This document shows, piece after piece, positions 49,163-58,859 of a DNA stretch of 64,000 bases. The translations under genes were made by a program, and so were the position numbers. Under the pieces are notes generated by a model, which was not told the origin of the DNA, ran no database searches, and saw only the letters and a program-made list of their open reading frames with translations. This DNA comes from Limnochordia bacterium (GTDB lineage Bacteria; Bacillota; Limnochordia; DTU080). The stretch lies in NCBI GenBank assembly GCA_050951545.1, contig JBMNJG010000007.1, forward strand, positions 160,001 through 224,000. The letters run 5' to 3'. The stretch's first letter is position 1. The number at the start of each line of letters is the position of its first letter.

Positions 49163-49190
49163 AGAGCGGGTTGGTCAGCTGACCCGCTCT
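49163..49190 (+). terminator. Hairpin at the end of the BMC operon
   Basis: AGAGCGGGTT/GACCCGCTCT stem; no strong U tract. Confidence 0.55.
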
Positions 49191-49256
49191 ACTCGTCGAT
49201 AAAACTGGGCGCATTTCGACAAAGGGAATACGGGCAGAACGAAGAATCTCGCCCCT

Positions 49257-49712
49257 ATGGGATCAAAATCGAAGCTGGCGAAAGCGATTGTCGCTCTGCA
49301 GCAAAGGGCTACAGCCATATGTGACGCATGTCAGTTCAAAGGCGAACGCGAGTGCCAGGGAGCACTGTGTAATAGAGTACTAACAACCGTTAGAAGAATC
49401 GATTCGTTAGTTTCCGAATACTTCCGTTTGGAGCTCGAAGAGAGACGGGGGGCGTCGCGCCATGCAGGGCACCGACCGGTATGGCAGCGCCAGCTGCCGT
49501 TTGCTGGAACTTCTGTCGAAATGATGGTGCAGCCCCAAGAACCACGGGAGGCAGAAGCTGCTGCTGACCTGGAATGGCATCAACTTGCCGACGCTTGGAC
49601 AGAGGTAGCAGCGGCTACTCTTTTCGGAGAGGCATGGGTTCAGGAGACACTGGCTGCGCCTCGTAGATTGCCATCCGGGCAGCAAAGGCAGGCGGGTGGC
49701 ATAAACTCTTGA
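49257..49712 (+). CDS. Hypothetical protein with a four-Cys cluster
   Basis: 151 aa ORF filling the gap; CDAC-x7-C-x4-C; weak RBS. Confidence 0.5.
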   Translation: MGSKSKLAKAIVALQQRATAICDACQFKGERECQGALCNRVLTTVRRIDSLVSEYFRLELEERRGASRHAGHRPVWQRQLPFAGTSVEMMVQPQEPREAEAAADLEWHQLADAWTEVAAATLFGEAWVQETLAAPRRLPSGQQRQAGGINS

Positions 49713-49766
49713 ATGGACGCCCGGCATGTCCGCTCAGCCGTCGGCGCGCCGCCTACTCGATCGTTG

Positions 49767-50207
49767 TTATCCATCGAGGGATGGGTTACGGCTAATGTAC
49801 TCCAGAATCTGGCGGGCGCAGGCCAAGAGGTCCTGGCGATGGTTCACGACAATGTCATGTAGCTCCTCGGTGGTCACTTCGTGGTAGAAGTGAACGAGTC
49901 TGTTTCGGTATCCTGCCATTCGCACTAAGGTAACCCCGACATCGTCGCGGACAATTCGCTCTTGAGCGAGCCCGCGGGCTATCGCCTTGTATTCCTGGGC
50001 AAGGTCGATACGTCCGATCCTGGCAAGTAGATGACGACCGACATCGAAAATCGCCTCTAGCGAACGTCGAAGAAACGATTCCGCTGCCGCGAGGTTGCGC
50101 GGTTTCATGAAATCGTCGTCGGGCAAGGCTGCCAAGTCGTCGAGGTGTTTCCCCCATTCCATGATACGGTCGATCCTGTCGCGCACCATCAGCTCATTGA
50201 AGTTCAC
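49767..50207 (-). CDS. hepT: HEPN/DUF86 ribonuclease toxin (HepT-like)
   Basis: RNRLVHFY matches RX4HXY; GTGA overlap with the upstream MNT gene. Confidence 0.9.
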   Translation of the reverse strand: MNFNELMVRDRIDRIMEWGKHLDDLAALPDDDFMKPRNLAAAESFLRRSLEAIFDVGRHLLARIGRIDLAQEYKAIARGLAQERIVRDDVGVTLVRMAGYRNRLVHFYHEVTTEELHDIVVNHRQDLLACARQILEYISRNPSLDG

Positions 50208-50647
50208 GGCATGATCCCTCCGAGCCGCTCCTCGTAATAGCGTTCGAGAAATGGACGAAAATCAGCTGCCCTCGCCAAGACGCGTTCCTCATACGTAGTC
50301 TTGAAGACCCTGGAGACCGCATACACACAAAACCCTGTCATCGCCTGCGCCTGGAAGACCGAATGTGTCTCCTGCAAGAACACTAGATCCAGCCGATCCT
50401 CCGGGAACACGTCTGTCAAGTCGTTGAACAGGCCGGAGTAGCGTTCCCGCCGTGAGGCTGGGTCAGCAAGAACTCCAGGATTCTCAAACACAACTCCGAT
50501 GTCGATGTCTGCCAAAGGGTCGCTCACATCAAGTTGACCGTTTGTTAGAAAACGGTGGGCAGGGGTTGCCATGGATCCGAACAAGTAGGCGAGCGCTACA
50601 CCGTGACACTGGAAGATGCGCTTCAGCTGTGCGTACCTGTCGTCCAC
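50204..50647 (-). CDS. mntA: Minimal nucleotidyltransferase antitoxin (MntA-like)
   Basis: LAYLFGS ... ADIDIGV, RLDLVFL; paired with HEPN. Confidence 0.88.
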   Translation of the reverse strand: MDDRYAQLKRIFQCHGVALAYLFGSMATPAHRFLTNGQLDVSDPLADIDIGVVFENPGVLADPASRRERYSGLFNDLTDVFPEDRLDLVFLQETHSVFQAQAMTGFCVYAVSRVFKTTYEERVLARAADFRPFLERYYEERLGGIMP

Positions 50648-50812
50648 GCCAGAGGAGCCCCCTTTGCACGACCTGTCTATCTAAGTATACACTAACGGGC
50701 ACGGCAACTTCGCACTTGTTCGGGTTGCTACACTCTTGCCAGTACCGTTGGGAGCGAGGGAGGGCGCTGCGCTAGTCTACACAGCGTCCCCCTACTCGAT
50801 ACCTCAAGCAAG

Positions 50813-51838
50813 CTAGAAGGTTACTGTGTCTGCCTCGCGGGCGCTCTCTACTTCGGCCAACACGACGCTCAGTGTCTCTTTGGCCTGTGTCGGCGTAACG
50901 ACCTGCGGCTTTCTGCCGCTCTTGATGCAATCAACCAGGTAGCGGATTTCTGCCCAGTAAGCGCCTAGCGCGGAAATGTTAGCCCCTGTTGCTTCTGTGG
51001 ACGCTTCGCCGCTAAACGAGATCTCGTACTCGGGCTCGTAGGGCTTGCCATCCCAAGGATAGACTAGCAGTTTCGGTTTGATGCGACTGTTAAAATCGAT
51101 CGTTGCCTTGTCGAAGACAGCCCGATAGGTCGTGGTGAAGGGGTAGCCCAAGGGGATGTTGCCACCACCTTCGGCAAAGACTGCGGGGCCATCCGGATAG
51201 AGGAAGTGGGTGGAGACATGTGACAGCCCAGCCTCGTCGAAGTGGCCTGTGGTGCGGACTCCTGCGGGCATTCCCAGAAGGTATACAACAAAGTCCGTAT
51301 CATGGATGTGGCGGTCAACGGTCTGTCCACCAGAGAGGACGGGATCAAGCATCCAATTCTTCCATGACACCATAGTCTTTGAGCCGACGCGGCTCATGCT
51401 CAACAGCTGAAGCTTCCCGAACTCACCGCTGTCATACACGGACTTCAGATAGTGGTATTCCGGCCAGAAACGGACGCAGTGAGCGACCATGAGTGTCTTG
51501 CCACTGCGCTTCTCAGCGGCGATCATGGCGTCGCACTGCTCCAGATTAAGGGCCATTGGCTTCTCTGAAAGCACGTGCCGACCCTTGTCAAGCGCTTGTA
51601 CTGCGTACTTGGAGTGTAGGAATGTGGGTAGACAGATGTCTACCATATCGACATCAGCATTGTTTATGAGGTCTTCAGCTGAAGCGTAGGGCGTGGCGTC
51701 CAGAAACTCGGCAGCCTTTGCCCGTCGTTCAGGTTCCACGTCAGCTACAGCAACGACCTTGACATCAGGCATCGCCTTATACGCATGGCCATGCACATTT
51801 CCGATAGAGCCCCAACCAACTAAGCCTACCTTGAACAT
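50813..51838 (-). CDS. Gfo/Idh/MocA family oxidoreductase
   Basis: VGLVGWGSIG, ICLPTFLH, SEKPMA, DRHIHD; start moved to ATG 51838. Confidence 0.93.
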   Translation of the reverse strand: MFKVGLVGWGSIGNVHGHAYKAMPDVKVVAVADVEPERRAKAAEFLDATPYASAEDLINNADVDMVDICLPTFLHSKYAVQALDKGRHVLSEKPMALNLEQCDAMIAAEKRSGKTLMVAHCVRFWPEYHYLKSVYDSGEFGKLQLLSMSRVGSKTMVSWKNWMLDPVLSGGQTVDRHIHDTDFVVYLLGMPAGVRTTGHFDEAGLSHVSTHFLYPDGPAVFAEGGGNIPLGYPFTTTYRAVFDKATIDFNSRIKPKLLVYPWDGKPYEPEYEISFSGEASTEATGANISALGAYWAEIRYLVDCIKSGRKPQVVTPTQAKETLSVVLAEVESAREADTVTF

Positions 51839-52079
51839 GATGCTCACTCCCTGCGTACCGCACTTTGGCGGAATGGTGCGCTGCATAGATTCTGCAGCTA
51901 CTGCCGGAAACCTTGCCAAACACGGAAAATAACCCACCACGATCTGACTGGGGAATGCCTGGTGTTCGGAAGCTGCGCAAAAAGAACAGCGGGAAGGATA
52001 AGCTACCTCAACAACGTAGTGTGATTGTGGCAACGGAACTGGGGTCGCTTGCTGAGGGACGTGACGAGGCGGTGTAGCG

Positions 52080-53177
52080 GTGCAAATTGACTGGTCTTTT
52101 GAGAGCGGTAGCCTCTGCATGGCAGAGATAGCGGGCCCGGATATGGTGCGGGTGCTCCCACGACGCGATTATGATCACGAGGGTCGCAACTGGACCTCCC
52201 TTTGGTGTTACTTCCGTCTGAAGGGAGCGGCTGGTAAGACGATCTGCCTACAATTCCTAGACCTTACCGATGAGTGGAATCACCGGGCGAGCTTCTCTTG
52301 GGGGAAGCACACCCGGCCTGTCTACTCAACTGATCAGATGCGCTGGGAACGTTTTTCTCAGGTGGAGTATGATTTGCGTCGGCGTACTCTGAGTGTGTGG
52401 CTCGAGGTGCCCACGGACTCGCTGTGGATTGCCTATCAGCCGCCCTATACGCTGTCGCGATTGTACGAGTTTCTTACGGGCCTAGCAGGTTGTCTCGGCG
52501 TAGACGTCTCTTCTTTGGGAGCTAGTGCGGGGGGACGGCCGATTCCGCTTGTGGAGGTGAGGGGTACACGAAGGCCCACGTCTCACGTTTGGATTGTCTG
52601 CAGGCAGCATCCGTGGGAGACGGCCTCTACCCTTGCTGCGGAGGGTCTGCTGCGTTGTCTTACCTCAGGTACACCGGAGGCGAGAGAGCTTATCGACCGA
52701 GTGGCATTTCATGTCGTGCCTATCGCTAACCCCGATGGAGTGGTGCTTGGGCACACTCGCTTCAACCAGCGGGGCTATGATCTCAACCGTTGCTACGACC
52801 AAGCTACTCTGCAGACATCTCCAGAGACCGTTCATCTTCTAGAGAGCTTGCGGCAGGCCCAGGCCGCTGGCGAGACTGTAGACCTGCTGCTGAATATCCA
52901 CAACAATAACCAGGAATGCCAGGATCTAGTCGCTGGTTCGGGGGCCGAAGAAGGCAACATCACTCGTTTCAGTGAAGCCTTGGCGCGGCATACGTTCTTT
53001 CGGGGCAGAGCCAGTTGGTCTGAACAAGCGAGCTTTCTTCCGGACGCCCGCAGTACCTACATTCTGGTCGAGATGCGGACGGGGTACGATCCGACTCTTG
53101 AGCGCTATGTGACCACGGACGATCAGCTCAGCTATGGTGCAGGTCTGGCACAAGCTATAGGTGCGTTCTTCGCATAG
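52080..53177 (+). CDS. M14 zinc carboxypeptidase (cytosolic carboxypeptidase-like)
   Basis: FESGSL N-domain, RQHPWE, NPDG, DLNR, NIH. Confidence 0.88.
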   Translation: MQIDWSFESGSLCMAEIAGPDMVRVLPRRDYDHEGRNWTSLWCYFRLKGAAGKTICLQFLDLTDEWNHRASFSWGKHTRPVYSTDQMRWERFSQVEYDLRRRTLSVWLEVPTDSLWIAYQPPYTLSRLYEFLTGLAGCLGVDVSSLGASAGGRPIPLVEVRGTRRPTSHVWIVCRQHPWETASTLAAEGLLRCLTSGTPEARELIDRVAFHVVPIANPDGVVLGHTRFNQRGYDLNRCYDQATLQTSPETVHLLESLRQAQAAGETVDLLLNIHNNNQECQDLVAGSGAEEGNITRFSEALARHTFFRGRASWSEQASFLPDARSTYILVEMRTGYDPTLERYVTTDDQLSYGAGLAQAIGAFFA

Positions 53178-53181
53178 CTCG

Positions 53182-54336
53182 TTAGACTCCGTCTGGCGAT
53201 GAAGAAGCTGGCGGGCGTGGACCGTAGAATTGGTAGTATGTAACCTCAATGCGACCGTTGTATAGTTTGCGTTTGCGGTCGGCTCTGCGCCCGAACAGCC
53301 TCTCAAAGCGGGGATTGTTGGTGAGCACGTAGATGGACCAGGTGTCTAGCTGGCCGACCGAGTCTCTCATGTCGAGATAGGCAGATTCGGCCTGTTGCTG
53401 ATCCCCAAGCCGTTCTCCGTAGGGCGGATTGCAGATAACGCATCCGTATTTGAAGCGGCTGCGCACGTCGGCCACGGGCAGGGTCTGAAAAAAGATGGTT
53501 TCCCTGACACCCGCAAGTTCAGCGTGATGGCGGGCCAGACGGAGCACATCGCCATCAATATCGGAGCCGTAGATGCGTAGATCCGGTTTGCTTATGACAA
53601 CGTCCTGCGCATGCGAGCGAGCCTCTCGCCAGGCATTCTTCGGTATCGCTGGCCAGTCCTCAGCAGCGAAGCTGCGCTTGAGCCCCGGAGCCATATTGGC
53701 ACCGATAAGCGCTGCTTCTATAGGTAGGGTGCCAGAGCCGCAAAAAGGATCCAAAAACACTCGCTCGGAGTTCCAGTAGCTCAGCTCGATCATGGCGGCA
53801 GCGAGGGTTTCGCGCAAAGGAGCACTGCTTGCGAGCGGTCGGTATCCGCGGCGGTGTAGGCCAGCACCGCTCGTGTCTATGGTCAGGGTGGCCTGATCTT
53901 TCAGCAGGGCCACTTCTATGCGGTACAAGGGACCGTCCTCATCGAACCAGCTGCGATGGTAGCGTGTGCGCAGCGACTCCACGACAGCCTTCTTGACGAT
54001 CGCCTGGCAGTCGGGGACGCTGAATAGCTTTGACTTGATGGATTTGCCAGTGACGGGGAAGCAGGCATTCTCTGGTAACCAGTCTGCCCAGGGGAGGGCC
54101 TTCGTCTGCTCAAAGAGATCGTCAAAGGTAGTGGCTTCAAATGAGCCCATCCTGAGCAACACACGATCAGCTGAGCGTAGCCAGAGGTTGGCGCGGGCTA
54201 TGGCGTCTAGACCGCCTCGGAAGTTCACCTTGCCATTCTCGGTATCACAGTCGTCGAGCCCTAGGGCTTTCAGTTCCCTGGCCACTACCGCCTCGACCCC
54301 AAAAGCAGCAGTGGCTATCAACTCCACACCCGGCAT
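53182..54336 (-). CDS. rlmL: THUMP-domain 23S rRNA m2G methyltransferase (RlmL/YpsC-like)
   Basis: ANLWLRSADRV, GLHRRGYR, APLRETLAA, DPFCGSGT, NPPYGER. Confidence 0.92.
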   Translation of the reverse strand: MPGVELIATAAFGVEAVVARELKALGLDDCDTENGKVNFRGGLDAIARANLWLRSADRVLLRMGSFEATTFDDLFEQTKALPWADWLPENACFPVTGKSIKSKLFSVPDCQAIVKKAVVESLRTRYHRSWFDEDGPLYRIEVALLKDQATLTIDTSGAGLHRRGYRPLASSAPLRETLAAAMIELSYWNSERVFLDPFCGSGTLPIEAALIGANMAPGLKRSFAAEDWPAIPKNAWREARSHAQDVVISKPDLRIYGSDIDGDVLRLARHHAELAGVRETIFFQTLPVADVRSRFKYGCVICNPPYGERLGDQQQAESAYLDMRDSVGQLDTWSIYVLTNNPRFERLFGRRADRKRKLYNGRIEVTYYQFYGPRPPASSSPDGV

Positions 54337-54496
54337 CTTGTCACCTCGTCAATGGTCTTCTAATAGGCTTCCCCAGGGTCAGGTCATTCCCTTCATCGCT
54401 TCATCGGGAAGGGAGGATGCCAGAGGTGTGGAAGTTGTGCTGTAGCTTGGCAGCAGTCTGTGGCCTGGCGTGACCAAAGGTTCTGGGGGGATACAC

Positions 54497-55159
54497 ATGC
54501 AAAAAGCCCTGATTGTCTGGGGCGGTTGGATGGGGCACGAGCCTGATCTCGTGGCTGAAACCTTCCGTCAGGTGCTTGAAGAGTTAGGGTTTGGGGTAGA
54601 GGTCTCCGATACGCTCGATGCATTCCTGGATGCGGATAAGCTGATGAACCTAGACCTGATAGTCCCTGTGTGGACCATGGGAAAGATCACAAATGAGCAG
54701 CTGCGTCCGGTGTTGCGGGCAGTCGAACACGGAGTGGGTATCGCTGGGTGTCATGGAGGCTTGTGTGATGCTTTCCGCGAAAGCACGCAGTGGCAGTTCA
54801 TGACTGGTGGGCAGTGGGTCGCACACCCTGGCAACGCTGACGTGGAGTATCGCGTGGAGATCATCAAGGGTTCGCATCCCATCGTTCACGGGATCGATGA
54901 TTTCACAGTACGCAGTGAGCAGTACTATCTGCATGTTGATCCCGCCGTCAAGGTCTTGGCTACGACGCAGTTCCCAACGGTAGATGGTCCACACTCTCCC
55001 AACGGCCGGGTCGATATGCCCGTAGTGTGGATCAAGCACTGGGGCGCAGGTCGGGTCTTTTACAACTCACTCGGACACCACAACGACACAATTGTCGCCG
55101 AACCCGCGCGCACCATCATGAAGCGCGGTTTCGCGTGGGCTGCCGGTGGTAAGCCATAG
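54497..55159 (+). CDS. ThuA-like domain protein
   Basis: VWGGWMGHEP, GCHGG, GGQWVAHPG, GRVFYNSLGH. Confidence 0.88.
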   Translation: MQKALIVWGGWMGHEPDLVAETFRQVLEELGFGVEVSDTLDAFLDADKLMNLDLIVPVWTMGKITNEQLRPVLRAVEHGVGIAGCHGGLCDAFRESTQWQFMTGGQWVAHPGNADVEYRVEIIKGSHPIVHGIDDFTVRSEQYYLHVDPAVKVLATTQFPTVDGPHSPNGRVDMPVVWIKHWGAGRVFYNSLGHHNDTIVAEPARTIMKRGFAWAAGGKP

Positions 55160-55193
55160 CGTCAGAACAACTCGATTCTAGGGAGATGGTGCT

Positions 55194-56375
55194 TTGAAGG
55201 ATCGTCTGTGGGAGCTGGCAAAGGCTGTGCATGCGGAAGTTGTCGCCGATAGGCGGTGGCTTCATCAGCACCCCGAGCTGAGCTATGAGGAGAAGGAGTC
55301 GTCAGGCTACATCGCTGAACAGCTGCGTAAGCTAGGGCATGAGCCACAGGTTGGCATCGGAGGGCACGGGGTAAAGCTGGTCTTGTATGGTAAACGTCCG
55401 GGGCGCACCATCGCTCTGCGTGCTGATATGGACGCCCTGCCTGTGCAAGAGGAGACTGACCTTCCATTTGCCTCGGTGAACCCCGGAGTGATGCACGCCT
55501 GTGGCCATGACTGCCACGTGGCTATGCTTCTGGGTGCAGCTCGAGGGCTTACACTCATGGAGGGCGATTGGACCGGAGATGTGGTGCTGATCTTTCAACC
55601 AGCGGAGGAACAGGGACCGGGCGGAGCCAGCCTGATGATCAAAGATGGGGTTTTGCATAACCCAGACGTGGAAGCGATCTTCGGGCTCCATATCAATCCG
55701 TTTGTTCCAGCGGGGTCGCTGGGTTTTGCTCCTGGGCCGATGAAGGCGGCCACCGATAGGTTCCAGGTAGTTGTACGCGGTCGGGGCGGGCATGGTGCTT
55801 CGCCGCACCTCACTTTGGATCCCATCCCAGCGGCTGCCCAAGTGATTCAGGCCTTGCAGCATGTGGTCAGCCGCAATGTGCGTCCCGGGGAGCCAGCAGT
55901 CGTTACCGTGGGTTCAATTCGTGGGGGTCAGGCGGCCAACGTCATTCCGTCTGAGGTAACTCTCAGTGGGACCATCAGGACGATGGGTGAACCCTTGCGT
56001 ACGCAGATCAGGGAATGGATCAAGCGGGCCGTGCACGGCGCCGTCGCTGCGCATGGCTGTCAAGCCGAAGTACGCTTTTCCTCTGGTTATCCGGCGGTGC
56101 ATAATGACCCTGCGCAGACCGAATGTGCTCGCCGAGCGGCGCAGCGCATTCTGCCGGAGGAGAGTATCGAGGTCATGGAGTCCTCCATGGGAGGCGAGGA
56201 TTTCGCGTACTACCTGGAGAAGGTGCCTGGGTCAGTTGGACGGCTAGGCGTGGCACCGCGATCTGGCGAACTCTACCCGCTGCACAGCTCGCGCCTACGC
56301 GTTGAGGAGAGTGCCTTGGCCACGGGCGTAGCTTTCTGGCTGGCTTTGGTGCAAGAGGGCTGTAGTGCTCACTAG
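55194..56375 (+). CDS. M20 family amidohydrolase
   Basis: HQHPEL, LRADMDALP, MHACGHD, FQPAEE, GGEDF. Confidence 0.95.
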   Translation: MKDRLWELAKAVHAEVVADRRWLHQHPELSYEEKESSGYIAEQLRKLGHEPQVGIGGHGVKLVLYGKRPGRTIALRADMDALPVQEETDLPFASVNPGVMHACGHDCHVAMLLGAARGLTLMEGDWTGDVVLIFQPAEEQGPGGASLMIKDGVLHNPDVEAIFGLHINPFVPAGSLGFAPGPMKAATDRFQVVVRGRGGHGASPHLTLDPIPAAAQVIQALQHVVSRNVRPGEPAVVTVGSIRGGQAANVIPSEVTLSGTIRTMGEPLRTQIREWIKRAVHGAVAAHGCQAEVRFSSGYPAVHNDPAQTECARRAAQRILPEESIEVMESSMGGEDFAYYLEKVPGSVGRLGVAPRSGELYPLHSSRLRVEESALATGVAFWLALVQEGCSAH

Positions 56376-56409
56376 ATGGCCGTAGTTCAGTTTTGGAAAG
56401 GGGAACACA

Positions 56410-57654
56410 ATGTCTGTACAGGACCTAACGCAGCTGAAGACGCAGGTTGAACGGGCCGTTGCCGAGGCCAAGATTACTGACATTCATACGCACTTGTTTA
56501 CTCCAGCCTTTGGTGACTTGCTTCTCTGGGGCTTTGACGAGCTGGTCAATTACCACTACCTCGTCGCGGAGACTTTGCGCGTTGCTGATATATCCTATGA
56601 GAAGTTCTGGGCGCTAAGCGGCGAGCAGCGAGCTAATCTCATCTGGCAGACGCTTTTCATCGACAACTCGCCGTACAGCGAGGCGTGTCGCGGGGTGCTG
56701 ACCGTACTCGATAAGCTTGGCCTCGACGTGGCTGGGCGTGACGTCACCTCCTACAGAAAGTACTTTCGCAGCCTGACAGTGCAGGAGTACATAGATAAGG
56801 CCTTCGCTGTGGCGAAAATAGACTCTGTAGTCATGACTAACGACCCGTTTGATGCGCAGGAACACAAGGTGTGGATGCAGGGCTTTGAGTCGGATCCTCG
56901 CTTTAAGGCGGCTCTGCGGCTAGACCCGTTGCTGGTGTTCTGGGAGAAGAGCTGTGGCGATCTGCAGAACTGGGGTTACGATGTGGACCAGGCACTATCA
57001 GCGCGAGCTTTGCAGGAGATCCGCCGCTTCCTGGCCGATTGGATCAAACGCATGAATCCAGTGTACATGGCAGTCTCTTTTCCCTCTAGTTTCCGCTATC
57101 CTGAGGAGAGCGCGTGTGCCAGGATCATTGAGGAGTGTGTACTGCCTGTCTCCAGGGAGTATAATGTGCCTTTCGCATTGATGATCGGCGTGAAGCGCCA
57201 GGTCAACCCCGGACTACGTCTGGCAGGCGATGGACTGGGCAAGGCTGACATCGGAGCTGTGGAGTATCTGTGCGCCAACTATCCTGATAACAAGTTCCTG
57301 TGCACGATGCTGTCGCGGGAGAATCAGCACGAGCTGGCCGTGAACGCCCGTAAGTTCGGCAACCTTCTCATCTTTGGGTGCTGGTGGTTCCTCAACAACC
57401 CCAGCCTGATCGAGGAGATCACGCGGTTGCGTTTCGAGCTGTTGGGTGTGAGCGTGATTCCCCAGCATTCGGACGCTCGGGTTCTTGACCAGGTCATCTA
57501 CAAGTGGGCTCACTCGCGTGAGATCATAGCCAAAGTGTTGGTAGATAAGTACTCCGACCTGGCACGCACTGGCTGGCAGGTTACCGAGGCTGAGATTCAG
57601 CGTGACGTGGCGAAGCTCTTTGGCGGCAATTTCTGGTCGTTCTTGGAGAAGTAA
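56410..57654 (+). CDS. uxaC: Uronate (glucuronate) isomerase, short Bacillus halodurans-like type
   Basis: DIHTHL, YHYLVAE, MTNDPFD, GCWWFLNNP, QHSDARV. Confidence 0.88.
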   Translation: MSVQDLTQLKTQVERAVAEAKITDIHTHLFTPAFGDLLLWGFDELVNYHYLVAETLRVADISYEKFWALSGEQRANLIWQTLFIDNSPYSEACRGVLTVLDKLGLDVAGRDVTSYRKYFRSLTVQEYIDKAFAVAKIDSVVMTNDPFDAQEHKVWMQGFESDPRFKAALRLDPLLVFWEKSCGDLQNWGYDVDQALSARALQEIRRFLADWIKRMNPVYMAVSFPSSFRYPEESACARIIEECVLPVSREYNVPFALMIGVKRQVNPGLRLAGDGLGKADIGAVEYLCANYPDNKFLCTMLSRENQHELAVNARKFGNLLIFGCWWFLNNPSLIEEITRLRFELLGVSVIPQHSDARVLDQVIYKWAHSREIIAKVLVDKYSDLARTGWQVTEAEIQRDVAKLFGGNFWSFLEK

Positions 57655-57677
57655 ATCGCACCACGAGTGTACCGAGG

Positions 57678-57705
57678 GCGGCTCCGGGGAGTTCCCCGGG
57701 GCCGC
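57678..57705. terminator. Hairpin between convergent genes
   Basis: GCGGCTCCGGGG/CCCCGGGGCCGC stem. Confidence 0.6.
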
Positions 57706-57719
57706 GCAGTCGCTGCATT

Positions 57720-58029
57720 CTAGTTCTCGCGCAATACCTCGAGCCGGGCTATGCGGCTGCTCAACTCTTCAATATGGGCTTCGACGCCCTCTTGGTATTC
57801 GGTGAGGCTTGACTGTTGGCGGAGGCGTGCTCGGAGTAACTCGCCACCAACCAGCTCAGCAAGCTGTTCGAATCTGTCCATTAGGTGTTCGGTCGAGGCG
57901 CGCAAGGATGGAACGCAACAGCTCCTCGACCAGGGTATAGGAGCTTCGGATCTCGGCAACATGGCGAACCATTTCCGTCGTCTGGTTGCTAAGCTGCTCA
58001 AGCAGGACTCTGCTGTCTGAATCTTGCAC
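57720..58029 (-). CDS. Small coiled-coil protein (~102 aa) split by a one-base insertion
   Basis: AAAGGGGTG RBS and GTG 58029 give MQDSDSRVLLEQL...LARLD; removing one base near 57891 joins to EHLMDRFEQL...LEVLREN. Confidence 0.6.
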
Positions 58030-58188
58030 CAGCTACACCCCTTTCCCCCTTCAGCATGGCGAGGGTAGGTTTCGGGGAGGAAACGGCGTAATCCTGCCTA
58101 GGCATTAGTAGGCATCAAGGAATATGGATGGATCTTGTCGTAGTTATTCCTGAGCTCAGGGGGGTACTTTTCGGGGGTGTGGGACACG

Positions 58189-58845
58189 ATGTCGGAGACG
58201 CTGCCTTCTGTTGGTCTAATCTTTGACCTCGATAACACCTTGGTGGCCTCACGCATAGACTTTGCAGGCATGCGCACTGTTGTACTGGAGATGCTGAAAG
58301 AGGCAGGCTTGACAATCTCAGAGGAGCAACGGCGCTGGCCTGTGGGCAGGCTTGCAGAGATGGCTCGCGAGCCAGGCGGCCCTGAGGATGAAGACCTATT
58401 CAAGCGAATTTGGCAGATCATAGACCGCTATGAGGTAGAAGGGATGAAAAGAGCCACCCTCGAGGAAGGAGCGCATCAGGTGACGCGCGCTCTGCGGAGG
58501 CAAGGGTACCCGTTAGCAATTGTGACCAACAACTCCCGAGCCTCGGCTCTGGCCGCCCTACGCGATTTCGACTTAATGGATCCGTTTGAAGTGGTCTTGG
58601 CGCGCGAGGATGTGCCACGCCTCAAACCCGCGCCCGACGGGCTTTTGGCTGCGAAACAGCATTTGGGGATGCCTAGACGAGTCGTAATGATAGGTGATGC
58701 GTGGTTGGACGGTGTGGCAGCGCATGCCGCAGGTGCTCTATTCGTGGCCGTGGGTTCCTTTCGGCAAGGCTCTACCCCTTGCCCTGTGTGGGCTCAGATC
58801 ACCAAGCTATCTGAGCTGCTTATGCTAAACTGGCAGAATGCATGA
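58189..58845 (+). CDS. HAD-IA family phosphatase
   Basis: IFDLDNTL, VTNN, KPAPD, MIGDAWLD. Confidence 0.92.
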   Translation: MSETLPSVGLIFDLDNTLVASRIDFAGMRTVVLEMLKEAGLTISEEQRRWPVGRLAEMAREPGGPEDEDLFKRIWQIIDRYEVEGMKRATLEEGAHQVTRALRRQGYPLAIVTNNSRASALAALRDFDLMDPFEVVLAREDVPRLKPAPDGLLAAKQHLGMPRRVVMIGDAWLDGVAAHAAGALFVAVGSFRQGSTPCPVWAQITKLSELLMLNWQNA

Positions 58846-58859
58846 AAGAGGGACGACCT

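Noticed and set aside
58030-58188. Possible c-di-AMP (ydaO) riboswitch upstream of HAD-ktrAB
   Set aside because: The conserved GCTGAATC and CCGTCAGCTAAC elements are not present
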